In this document: positions 16,206 to 25,276 of the stretch, one piece after another
Position numbering within the stretch: the stretch's first letter is position 1
Layout: each line of letters starts with the position of its first letter
DNA from: an uncultured Clostridia bacterium
GTDB taxonomy: Bacteria; Bacillota; Clostridia; TANB77; UBA1234
Assembly (NCBI GenBank): GCA_947164995.1
Contig: CAMUYU010000004.1
Location: 1-53,982, forward strand
Reading direction: 5' to 3'
DNA length: 53,982 nt
Position numbers and translations under genes: made by a program
The notes under the pieces: generated by a model
Seen by the model: the letters and a program-made list of their open reading frames with translations, nothing else
What the model was told of the DNA's origin: nothing
Databases searched by the model: none

Positions 16206-17969
16206 TTATTTCTCTAATACTGCTTTTATTCTTCTAATACCAGATGAAACAGCTTCTTCTTTTTTTATCTTAAAGTGTCCCATATCTCCAGTATGTTCTA
16301 CGTGAGGTCCTCCACAAATTTCTTTTGAGAAATCTCCAATTGTATATACTTTTACTTTATCACCATATTTATTTTCAAATAAACCTGTTGCACCTGATTC
16401 TCTAGCTTCTTCTAAAGTCATTTCTTCACATGTTACTTTTAAATCTCTTTGAATTTGTTCGTTAACAATATCTTCTACTTTTTGCAATTCTTCTGGTGTA
16501 AGTTTAGTTGGATTTGCAAAGTCAAAACGTAATCTTTCAGCCGTTAAGTTAGAACCTTTTTGTGTTGCATGTGGTCCTAATACTATTTGTAATGCTTTGT
16601 GAAGCAAGTGTGTGGCTGTATGATAAGCTGTTGTTTGCTCACTATGGTCTGCTAAACCACCTTTAAATTTTTGTTCTGCTCCAGCTCTTGATTTTTCCTG
16701 ATGCTCTTTAAATAATTCATTAAATGCATCCATATCTATTGTCATATCGTTTTCTTTTGCAAGCTCATCTGTAATTTCTGGTGGGAAACCAAATGTGTCA
16801 TATAGTCTAAATACAACATCACCTGGAAGTTTAGTTACTCCTTGTTCTTTAAGTTTAGTAACATTTTTACTAAATTCTTTTTCACCATTTTCCAAAGTCT
16901 TAATAAATTTATCTTTTTCTGCAGTTATAACCTCGATAACAGTTGCTTTATTTTGAACTGTTTCAGGATACATTTCAAATAGAATTTTATCTATAAATGT
17001 TTCAATAAGTGTACCAATTTCAGTCGTATCTAATTCAATCTTTCTCATGTGACGAATTGCTCTTCTAAGTAATCTTCTTAAGATATAACCTTGGTCGACA
17101 TTTGAAGGACGGACTCCATCAATTATCATAAAGATAGATGTTCTTAAATGGTCAGCAATTATTCTTGCGCTTTGTTCATTTGAATTTTTAGCAAGTTCAT
17201 TAATCTTATTAATTTCAGCTTCAAAAAGTTCTGTCTCATATACAGATTTTTTGCCTTCCAAAAGGCCAATAACACGCTCTAATCCCATACCTGTATCAAC
17301 GTTCTTTTGCTTTAATGGTTCATATTTACCATCTTTTGTTTTGTTGTATTGCATGAAAACGTTGTTCCATATTTCAAGATATTTTCCACAGCTACAAGAA
17401 GGATCACAATTTGGTCCACAAGCTTCTTTTCCTGTGTCGAAAAAGATTTCTGTATCTGGGCCACAAGGACCTGTTTCACCAGCAGGGCCCCACCAGTTGT
17501 GCTTTCTACCTAGGAAATAAATTCTTTCTCTTGGAATGCCAGCATCGATCCAAAGTGAAGCTGCTTCTTCATCTCTAGGAATGCCTTCTTCTCCTTCAAA
17601 GCATGTAACTGATATTTTATTCATGTCAAATCCTAGTCTTTTTTCAAGAAGTTCATAACTCATAGAGATAGCTTCTTTTTTGAAGTAATCTCCCAATGAC
17701 CAGTTTCCAAGCATCTCAAAAAATGTAAGGTGGCTTGAGTCTCCAACATCTTCTATATCACCTGTTCTAATACATTTTTGATAGTCTGTAAGACGTGTAC
17801 CTTGTGGATGTGGCTCACCTAGTAAATATGGTACAAGTGGGTGCATACCAGCAGTAGTAAATAGTACTGTTGGGTCGTTTTCTGGAACTACTGGCGCACT
17901 AGGAATTTCTTTATGTCCATGTTCTTTAAAATATTCAATAAATTTTCTTCTTAATTCAAAAGCTGTCAT
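16206..17969 (-). CDS. alaS: alanine--tRNA ligase, short form lacking the C-Ala domain
   Basis: FTTAGM, HLTFFEMLGNWS, DTGMGLER, editing motifs HTATH and CGGPH; ends at GIRRIKAVLEK; ATG 17969 after SD AAGGGG. Confidence 0.95.
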   Translation of the reverse strand: MTAFELRRKFIEYFKEHGHKEIPSAPVVPENDPTVLFTTAGMHPLVPYLLGEPHPQGTRLTDYQKCIRTGDIEDVGDSSHLTFFEMLGNWSLGDYFKKEAISMSYELLEKRLGFDMNKISVTCFEGEEGIPRDEEAASLWIDAGIPRERIYFLGRKHNWWGPAGETGPCGPDTEIFFDTGKEACGPNCDPSCSCGKYLEIWNNVFMQYNKTKDGKYEPLKQKNVDTGMGLERVIGLLEGKKSVYETELFEAEINKINELAKNSNEQSARIIADHLRTSIFMIIDGVRPSNVDQGYILRRLLRRAIRHMRKIELDTTEIGTLIETFIDKILFEMYPETVQNKATVIEVITAEKDKFIKTLENGEKEFSKNVTKLKEQGVTKLPGDVVFRLYDTFGFPPEITDELAKENDMTIDMDAFNELFKEHQEKSRAGAEQKFKGGLADHSEQTTAYHTATHLLHKALQIVLGPHATQKGSNLTAERLRFDFANPTKLTPEELQKVEDIVNEQIQRDLKVTCEEMTLEEARESGATGLFENKYGDKVKVYTIGDFSKEICGGPHVEHTGDMGHFKIKKEEAVSSGIRRIKAVLEK

Positions 17970-18040
17970 TTTTATTTCCCCTTTATTTTGAATTTTCCAT
18001 AATTGCAAATTTTACTACAAAAATCCTTATTTTGCAATAC

Positions 18041-20086
18041 TTATAGCTTTTCTCTTACTATAAAATCTTTAAATCCTATAAGTATTTCATATACTCTCGA
18101 AGTGGTTAAATCTTCCGTACTTTGAGGCACTACAATATTTAAAAAGTTTTCTATATCTTCTTTTTTGCCTTCATCATCAATTTTGTATGTTGTAATATCA
18201 TAAATAATCTCTTTGATTCTATTAGGTGTAATCTTTCTATCTTGTGGAATATCTAGCAAATTAATGTGGTCTGTATTCCAAAGTTCTTCTCTTATAAAAC
18301 TTCTCTTTAAATAAGTTTTTGTAAGTACTATAAACTCGCTTTCTGACATTATTTTATTTGCATCAAATTGATTATTGTACCCTAAAGATAATAACCCTAA
18401 TTCTGTCATTTCAATAATTTTTGAATAATTCCTATCTGTTTTATCTATAACTGGTTTTGATTCTTTACTTATAACTCCACCTGTTATTGTTATTTTATTT
18501 TGTAAGTCTGTCATATAATTTGTAGTGTTATATATTTCTTGGAATGAAACATTTCTTTGCTTTGATAAAAGTGCCGCCATTGCTCCAGCTTCTGCAAGTG
18601 ACATTCCAGTTGGAACAACTCTTGCAGAGCCTGCTGCTATCGAAGAATATGAAGCACATCTGCTACACGTTAATAAATTTGAATAACCTTGCGGTATAAC
18701 ACATCCAAAAGGAATAAAGTACTGCTTTGGATTTGCTATTATATAACCCCAATCATAAATACTTGTTGTTTGAACATCAATTGGATATGAACCCATAGCA
18801 ACATCTTTTGATGAACGTCTTGAAAGTAAAATATCTTCAACAGTTAATTTTTGTTCTCCCACAATATGTCTTGTTTCTCTTACATAAAGCTCATCTGCAA
18901 CACCTGCAAATTTTGCTTTTTCAAAGCCAGGAACATTATCTATTAAAAACTTTGAAAAACTTTCCGCTTCTTTTTTACTCTTTTTATATGCAGTTTGTTT
19001 TTGATTTTCATCTAATGTATTTACTTCCATTACTTGCAATGCATTGATTAGTATGCTTCCATCATTTTGTTTTCCAATATTTAAGGCTTTAAGTCTAAAA
19101 TGCGGTTGTGTAGGAACATATTGTTTTGTAAATTCACCAAATGCCCATATTGCTTCATCATTATATCCACTAACAGATGATGGATTTTTATCTATGTAAT
19201 CAGTCATTTCTTTCCAATTAACATTTTCCATTTTTATAACTAGAGTTGCTGACATTGATCTATTCTTCTCGTTGATATCTTCCCAACCTATTGTATATTT
19301 CGCTCCTGCAGCAACTGTAATATCTGCATCTTCAGTACAATCAATATAATTAAGTGCACTATACTTTTTGCCATCAATCATGACATACTTAATTGTTCTA
19401 TATTCGTCATCACTTAATACTTCACCAGATTTTAATTTAAGTGCGGGGTCATCTATATATATTTCAATATCTTTTGCGTTATACATTGTCTTAAGATTTT
19501 TTTCAGCTTTTATCATGTTGTTAAGAACTTTTTTACATGTTTCAACATCAAAAGTATTTCTACTTCCAATTTTTTCATAGAATTCTTTAAAAATACCACC
19601 GTTTAGTATTTCACCATTAGTTCCTGTATTCATATCTATTGTATTTAACATTCCGTAAGTAAATAAGCCACCAGGACCATCTTTATCTTCAACTAATAGT
19701 GTTTTAAGTCCAACTCTACTTGCCGCTACTGCTGCCGCAATTCCTTCTGGCTCAGCTCCAAACACAATTAAGTCAAATGTTTCTTTTGGTTTAACTGTAT
19801 CAAGGCTTGGCTCAACTTTAATTTCTTCTTGAACAATTGCCGTTTCAGAAGCTATTTGCGTAAGCTTTTCGCCACTTTCATCTATATATTTATCCTCTTC
19901 TTTCTCTTCTTCCTTAACTTCACCACTTGAAACTATTACTTCACCTGATTTTGAAGGCTTGTTGACAATTTCAGTTGGAGTATTCACAACAATATTTTCT
20001 TCTTTTGTCATTTGATATACTAATGCACTTGCAAGAGCAATTACCAAAAGTATTAAAACAAAAATAATAGCTGTAGTTTTCTTCAT
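18041..20086 (-). CDS. exported/membrane-anchored FAD-dependent oxidoreductase
   Basis: N-terminal hydrophobic helix, FDLIVFGAEPEGIAAAVAA Rossmann-like motif, IDCTEDAD, LYVRETRHIVG, SARVVPT. Confidence 0.85.
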   Translation of the reverse strand: MKKTTAIIFVLILLVIALASALVYQMTKEENIVVNTPTEIVNKPSKSGEVIVSSGEVKEEEKEEDKYIDESGEKLTQIASETAIVQEEIKVEPSLDTVKPKETFDLIVFGAEPEGIAAAVAASRVGLKTLLVEDKDGPGGLFTYGMLNTIDMNTGTNGEILNGGIFKEFYEKIGSRNTFDVETCKKVLNNMIKAEKNLKTMYNAKDIEIYIDDPALKLKSGEVLSDDEYRTIKYVMIDGKKYSALNYIDCTEDADITVAAGAKYTIGWEDINEKNRSMSATLVIKMENVNWKEMTDYIDKNPSSVSGYNDEAIWAFGEFTKQYVPTQPHFRLKALNIGKQNDGSILINALQVMEVNTLDENQKQTAYKKSKKEAESFSKFLIDNVPGFEKAKFAGVADELYVRETRHIVGEQKLTVEDILLSRRSSKDVAMGSYPIDVQTTSIYDWGYIIANPKQYFIPFGCVIPQGYSNLLTCSRCASYSSIAAGSARVVPTGMSLAEAGAMAALLSKQRNVSFQEIYNTTNYMTDLQNKITITGGVISKESKPVIDKTDRNYSKIIEMTELGLLSLGYNNQFDANKIMSESEFIVLTKTYLKRSFIREELWNTDHINLLDIPQDRKITPNRIKEIIYDITTYKIDDEGKKEDIENFLNIVVPQSTEDLTTSRVYEILIGFKDFIVREKL

Positions 20087-20205
20087 ATTTTCAACTCCTT
20101 AAAAATAATCATAATAATTATACGTTTTTGGTTTTATTATATCAATAAAATATGGTATAATTTCTCTAGTTAAAGGATTCAATCCCTACGGAAATGAGGT
20201 ATTTT

Positions 20206-20955
20206 ATGGATAAAGTTGAAGTATTAGGTGTTTATTTTGATAATGTAAATATGACAGAGGCTGTAGAAAGATGCGAGCATATGCTAAATGGTGAAAAAGC
20301 TAATCTTTTGGTAACGCCTAATCCAGAAATTGTAATGAAAGCAAAAGAAGATAGTGAATATAAAGATATTATTAATAATCGTGCATCCCTAGTTATCCCC
20401 GATGGAATAGGAATTATTAAAGGGGCAAAAATTTTAGATACTCCTCTTAAGGAACGTGTTGCTGGATACGATTTAATATGTAACTTATTAGAAAAATATA
20501 AAAATGGTGAAAAGACATTTTATTTTTGGGGTAGCAAACCTGGTGTTGCAGATATTGCAAAGCAAAAATGTGAAGAGAAATATCCCAATATTAAAATAGT
20601 AGGAACTGACGACGGCTTTTTTGATGATGCAAAAAAAGAACAAATAATAAATAAAATTTCAGAATTAAAACCAGATATTCTTCTTGTCGGAATTGGATTT
20701 CCAAAACAAGAAAAACTAATTAATAGTTTATTAGATAAAAACATTTTCAAACTTGCGATTGGTTGTGGTGGTTCAATTGATGTACTTTCTGGAACAGTTA
20801 AACGTGCTCCAAAACTATTTATAAAACTTCATATTGAATGGAGTTGGAGATTAATAAAGCAACCTTCTAGAATAGGCAGAATGATGGTGCTTCCAAAGTT
20901 TTTAAGTGAAGTAAAAAAAGAAGCAAAAGCAAAGAAAAAAGGTTCAAGCAAATAG
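20206..20955 (+). CDS. WecB/TagA/CpsF family glycosyltransferase
   Basis: VTPNPE, PDGIG, ERVAGYDL, GFPKQE, RAP..EW.WR; SD GAGGT before ATG 20206. Confidence 0.95.
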   Translation: MDKVEVLGVYFDNVNMTEAVERCEHMLNGEKANLLVTPNPEIVMKAKEDSEYKDIINNRASLVIPDGIGIIKGAKILDTPLKERVAGYDLICNLLEKYKNGEKTFYFWGSKPGVADIAKQKCEEKYPNIKIVGTDDGFFDDAKKEQIINKISELKPDILLVGIGFPKQEKLINSLLDKNIFKLAIGCGGSIDVLSGTVKRAPKLFIKLHIEWSWRLIKQPSRIGRMMVLPKFLSEVKKEAKAKKKGSSK

Positions 20956-20968
20956 CTTGAACCTTTTT
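20936..20968. terminator. bidirectional intrinsic terminator overlapping the stop codon
   Basis: AAAAAGGTTCAAGC-AAATA-GCTTGAACCTTTTT. Confidence 0.85.
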
Positions 20969-20986
20969 ATTTTTAGAAATTATTAA

Positions 20987-22639
20987 TTAATATTTTCCTT
21001 TAGGATAAGGAGCATTATAGAGATATCTATAATAATCTCTTACCATTCTGTCTGTGGAGCACTCTTCATAAGCGGTATAAATAGAACTAAACATCATATC
21101 AGTCCAAAGATCTTTGTCGTTATAACTAGGCAAAACTTTTTCTTCAAGAACTCTATAAAGATATTGTGCATCTACACTCTTGTCGTGAGATTTAGTTTCT
21201 CCAATAATCCAACCATTTACGGCATATCTGCAACTCTTGTACCACCAGCCATCAGCAGTAGAAAGGTTAAGTACACCATTACATGCTGCCTTCATACCTG
21301 ATGTTGAGCAAGCTTCAAGAGGAATTTCAGGGTTACCGAGCCAAACATCGCAACCCTTGGTCATAAGTCCAGCAATTTCTACATCATAGTTCTGAAGGAA
21401 AACAACATTTTGAGGATATCTTTGTGTCATCTCAAAAAGTCGCATCAAAATAGCTTTACTATTAAAATCTTTAGGATGAGTTTTTCCAGAGAAAATGATT
21501 TGGAAATTGTGTTCTCTAATGAGTCTTTCGAATCTTGCAATATCTTCAAAAATAAGATCTGCTCTCTTGTACTGAATAACACGTCTTGCAAAGCCTACAA
21601 TAATAGAATCTTTATTAAGCGTTACACCATTTCTTTTTTGAACTTCTTCAATAAGTTTTTCTTTATTCTTATCATGGTAAAATCTAAGCATCTGCGTGTT
21701 ACCAAGTTCGTATGCTTTTCGAATATTTTTATCTTGCCAATACTCAATATCTACACCATTATCGATGTACATGATAGGGCATGCACCAGAAACATGGCTC
21801 CAAAGCTCATGAGACGTAGACTGGTGACGAAGTGCAACTGCGTTTGCAATCTTAGAAAGTCTAAGAGCTGCAGTCGTAGAACCAAACATGGTTCCTGTAT
21901 CATCTCCACCAATTGCTTTAAGTTCGTCATAACTTAAGTCAAGGTTTGCACCAAGTTTCATAATCATGTCGATAGGACGACTCTTATTTCCTGCCCAAAT
22001 AGGTGTATGAGTAGTGAAAACAGTCTTTTCTTTAACCATCTGCCAAGCGGTGTTAAAATCATGTCCATTCTTTTTGTAATCAGAAATAAGCTTAAGGGCA
22101 GCAAAAACACCATGGCCTTCGTTTAAATGAAGAACATCAAAAGGATAATTAAGCTTTTCACAAATACCTATTGAAGCAACTCCAAGAAGTACTTCTTGCA
22201 TAAGTCTTTGAGCTTCACCATCATATCCACCTACACCATTTTCACCATAAAGGTTATTAGTGATGTAAGCAAAATCTCCGTTTTCGGGAAGAAAAGAATC
22301 TACACCATAGCAATTGGAAAGAGTCTTGTGTTTCCAAATCTTAACTTTAAGTTGTCTTTGCAAAAGTGGAACATCTAATACTATACCAGTATATAAGTAG
22401 TCATCTTCAAACCTTTGTTCAGGATATTCATCGATGACTCCATCTTTTGTAACGGTTTGACGCACATAACCATTCTTATAGATAGGGGTAACAGCCAAAA
22501 AAGATGCTCCCAACCGATTCATGGTTCGAGTTGTGTCCCCATAAAGAGCCCCAAGTCCACCAGAATAGTTTCTACCACCTGCCGTTGTCTCCATGCAAAC
22601 GGAAAGCACCCGTTTGCTATTCAACAGTGAAGAACTCAC
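20987..22639 (-). CDS. glgP: alpha-glucan phosphorylase (GT35), short divergent form
   Basis: YSGGLG, HLNEGH, FTTHTP, GFARR..YKRADL, EACSTSGMK PLP-lysine motif, DGWW; GTG 22639 after SD AAAGGAGG. Confidence 0.9.
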   Translation of the reverse strand: MSSSLLNSKRVLSVCMETTAGGRNYSGGLGALYGDTTRTMNRLGASFLAVTPIYKNGYVRQTVTKDGVIDEYPEQRFEDDYLYTGIVLDVPLLQRQLKVKIWKHKTLSNCYGVDSFLPENGDFAYITNNLYGENGVGGYDGEAQRLMQEVLLGVASIGICEKLNYPFDVLHLNEGHGVFAALKLISDYKKNGHDFNTAWQMVKEKTVFTTHTPIWAGNKSRPIDMIMKLGANLDLSYDELKAIGGDDTGTMFGSTTAALRLSKIANAVALRHQSTSHELWSHVSGACPIMYIDNGVDIEYWQDKNIRKAYELGNTQMLRFYHDKNKEKLIEEVQKRNGVTLNKDSIIVGFARRVIQYKRADLIFEDIARFERLIREHNFQIIFSGKTHPKDFNSKAILMRLFEMTQRYPQNVVFLQNYDVEIAGLMTKGCDVWLGNPEIPLEACSTSGMKAACNGVLNLSTADGWWYKSCRYAVNGWIIGETKSHDKSVDAQYLYRVLEEKVLPSYNDKDLWTDMMFSSIYTAYEECSTDRMVRDYYRYLYNAPYPKGKY

Positions 22640-22741
22640 GTTGAATCCTCCTTTCAAAATATAAAGTGTCTATATAAATTAGCACACCTTGATGTTAAAG
22701 TCAACACCACTAAATGAAAAAGGCAATATAAAATTGCCTCC

Positions 22742-22772
22742 AAAAAAGAAAGACGGGCATTGCCCGTCTTTT
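22742..22772 (-). terminator. intrinsic terminator after the GT4 gene
   Basis: AAAGACGGGCA-T-TGCCCGTCTTT stem with T-run. Confidence 0.8.
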
Positions 22773-22784
22773 ATTAATCAATAA

Positions 22785-24137
22785 TTAGTTATTTAATGCT
22801 TTCTTTAATTTTCTTAATGGATTTGCTGGAATTCTATCTCTAATTTCACTATCTGTAGTAGATGTAGTAATTGTGTTATCTTCCATTGCAACAAGTGGAG
22901 CTTCTGCTGAAAGCTTTTCGTTTTCAATTTTACTTTCTTCAAATTTAACTTTAACAGCTTGAGCTTTTGCTTCTTTAATTGTTTCTTTATATACATCCAT
23001 AGTCTTCTTTGCAATTACATCCCAGTTGTACTCAGTAACAACTTTTTCATGAGCATTCTTTGCAATTTGTTTGCATAAATCTTGGTTGAATAAAACTTCT
23101 AGAATTGAATCAGCTAAACTATTGCAATTTCCAGCATAAGATTTCATTCCATCGATACCATGAGAAACTATTTCATTTAATCCACCTGTATCAGAAACAA
23201 CTGTAGCAGCACCTGCTAGCATTCCTTCTAGAGCAACTATACCAAATGGCTCATATAAACTTGGGAATACTGCAACATCAATTGCTTTATACATCTTTGT
23301 AATTTGAACATCATTTAGATATCCTGTAAAGTATACTCTATTTGAAATTCCAAGTCTTTCTGCTTGTGCTTTTAAATCGTCTAGACAAGGGCCACGACCT
23401 GCAATTACAAATTTAACATCATTATAATTTTGTAAAATTTTAGGAGCAGCATCAAGTAAAACTTGAATACCTTTTTCATATACTATACGTCCAGCAAAGA
23501 AAACAATTTTTTCATTATCTGAAGCATAATTTCTACGAAAATCCCAATCTCTCTCTTTACCATCAAATTTATTTATGTTAATTCCATTTGGAACTACGTG
23601 AATATTTTCAAATGGTTTTCCAAATAAATTTCTAATTTCGTATTTCATGTACATACTGTTACAAATAACATTTGATGCTTCATATGTAAGAAGCCATTCA
23701 ACGTCGTTAACATAACCTTGGTTTTTGTCATGAATACCTTTATTTCTTCCACTTTCTGTAGCATGTATTGTAGCAACAAGAGGAATTTTATATGAGTTTT
23801 TAAGCGTTCTTGCAGAATATGCAACAAGCCAATCATGTGCATGGATAACATCAAATTTTCCAAACTTTTTGATGACATCTGCTGCCTTTTCAATTACGCA
23901 AAAATTAAATTGCATAACCCAATCTATAAGATTGTTGGCATTAATTGGATAAGTTTCAATTCTATGAACAAAAACTTCTCCATCTTTTTCAAATTCTTTT
24001 GTATTTCCCTCTTTATATGTGATGACATGAACTTCATGACCTTGTTTTGCAAAAACATGTGATAGATCATGAACAACCCTTGCAATACCACCAACTATTC
24101 TTGGTGGGTATTCCCAAGTAAGCATCATAATTCTCAT
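22785..24137 (-). CDS. GT4 family glycosyltransferase (putative glucan synthase)
   Basis: MLTWEYPPRIVGG, IHAHDWL, GRIVYEKG, PSLYEPFGIVALE. Confidence 0.92.
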   Translation of the reverse strand: MRIMMLTWEYPPRIVGGIARVVHDLSHVFAKQGHEVHVITYKEGNTKEFEKDGEVFVHRIETYPINANNLIDWVMQFNFCVIEKAADVIKKFGKFDVIHAHDWLVAYSARTLKNSYKIPLVATIHATESGRNKGIHDKNQGYVNDVEWLLTYEASNVICNSMYMKYEIRNLFGKPFENIHVVPNGININKFDGKERDWDFRRNYASDNEKIVFFAGRIVYEKGIQVLLDAAPKILQNYNDVKFVIAGRGPCLDDLKAQAERLGISNRVYFTGYLNDVQITKMYKAIDVAVFPSLYEPFGIVALEGMLAGAATVVSDTGGLNEIVSHGIDGMKSYAGNCNSLADSILEVLFNQDLCKQIAKNAHEKVVTEYNWDVIAKKTMDVYKETIKEAKAQAVKVKFEESKIENEKLSAEAPLVAMEDNTITTSTTDSEIRDRIPANPLRKLKKALNN

Positions 24138-24641
24138 TTCGTTATTTCCCCCTATTTTTTCTTTTGATTTTTATTTAAAAAATTAATCTGCTAAAAAGTG
24201 GCATTTTTGAAAACTTTTTTCGAAAAAAAGTGACATGTAATATGCTATTTGTAGGCTTTTTATATACAAAAATTTCAAAGCAAATAAATTTCAAAAAAAA
24301 TAAAGTTTTTTCAAAAAAATGTTTAAAAATAATTGCTAATTTGATAAAATCTTTGTAGACAAAAATCTCATTTCCACTTTCCATAATCAATTGTATATAA
24401 TTATAATTTAGTTGTAAACAATTATTAAAAAATTTAAAATAATTGTAACTTTTGAAGAGATTTTGGTTTACATATTATGTTTTTAGAATGATAATTTACA
24501 AAAAAATTACAAATTTTAAAAAGTATTGTAAATGGCTTTTCACAAGAGTAAAATCTTATGTATTGGATATTAATGGGTGTATTTTGTTTTTTGGTCAAAA
24601 TACAGCTACTATTTTAACTAAAGAAAAGGGGGTTATGTAGC

Positions 24642-25220
24642 GTGCAATTATTGAAATCAGAATACTATGAACTACCTACAAAATATAATCGTACAGTAAT
24701 TCGTTTGCTTGTGCAGTCGCCTACACGTATGTTTGCATACTGGGAAGTTTCTGAAGATACAATTAAAAATTTCAATAAGAACAATCCTAAATATGGGGAT
24801 TGTATTGCAGTGCTTAAAGTTACAAACCTTACTAAGAATTATTCTTACAACATTCCTGTCAATCCATATGCAGATAACTACTACATAGACGTTGACGATC
24901 CTGGATGTAAGTATCAAGTAGAACTTGGAAGAATGGCAAAGAAAAAATTTGTTAATTTATACACTTCAAATGTTGCTTCTGTTCCTTCTAACCATCCTGC
25001 TACTCCACTTAATGTTCTACAAGATGAGATTTTATTTGCTAATTATTTATGCATTGGAGACAAGCGTAAAATTAAACTTTATGGTGATAGAGAACAATAC
25101 AAATACTTTAACAATCAAAATCATACAGCATTCGAAAGAAAAAGATTTCTTGGAAGCTCAGAAAACGAATTTGGTTTTGAATTCCCTGGTAGCTCTGATC
25201 TTTCTATGCGATTATCATAA
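24642..25220 (+). CDS. DUF4912-like protein
   Basis: ELPTKYNRTVIRLLVQSPTRMFAYWEV...YQVELG...SN pattern; directly upstream of GH57; SD AAGGGGG. Confidence 0.8.
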   Translation: MQLLKSEYYELPTKYNRTVIRLLVQSPTRMFAYWEVSEDTIKNFNKNNPKYGDCIAVLKVTNLTKNYSYNIPVNPYADNYYIDVDDPGCKYQVELGRMAKKKFVNLYTSNVASVPSNHPATPLNVLQDEILFANYLCIGDKRKIKLYGDREQYKYFNNQNHTAFERKRFLGSSENEFGFEFPGSSDLSMRLS

Positions 25221-25276
25221 AAAACGGAAAATCTATTTAGTTTTCCGTTTTATTATTCCCATGACGGAGGTAAAAC

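Noticed and set aside
21410-21937. 175-aa + strand ORF and the many other short antisense or alternate-frame ORFs in the track
   Set aside because: They lie wholly within well-supported genes and have no recognisable motifs; shadow ORFs
24175-24640. ORFs 24175..24390 and 24452..24640
   Set aside because: Low-complexity F/K/I-rich translations of an AT-rich divergent promoter region, with no recognisable motif
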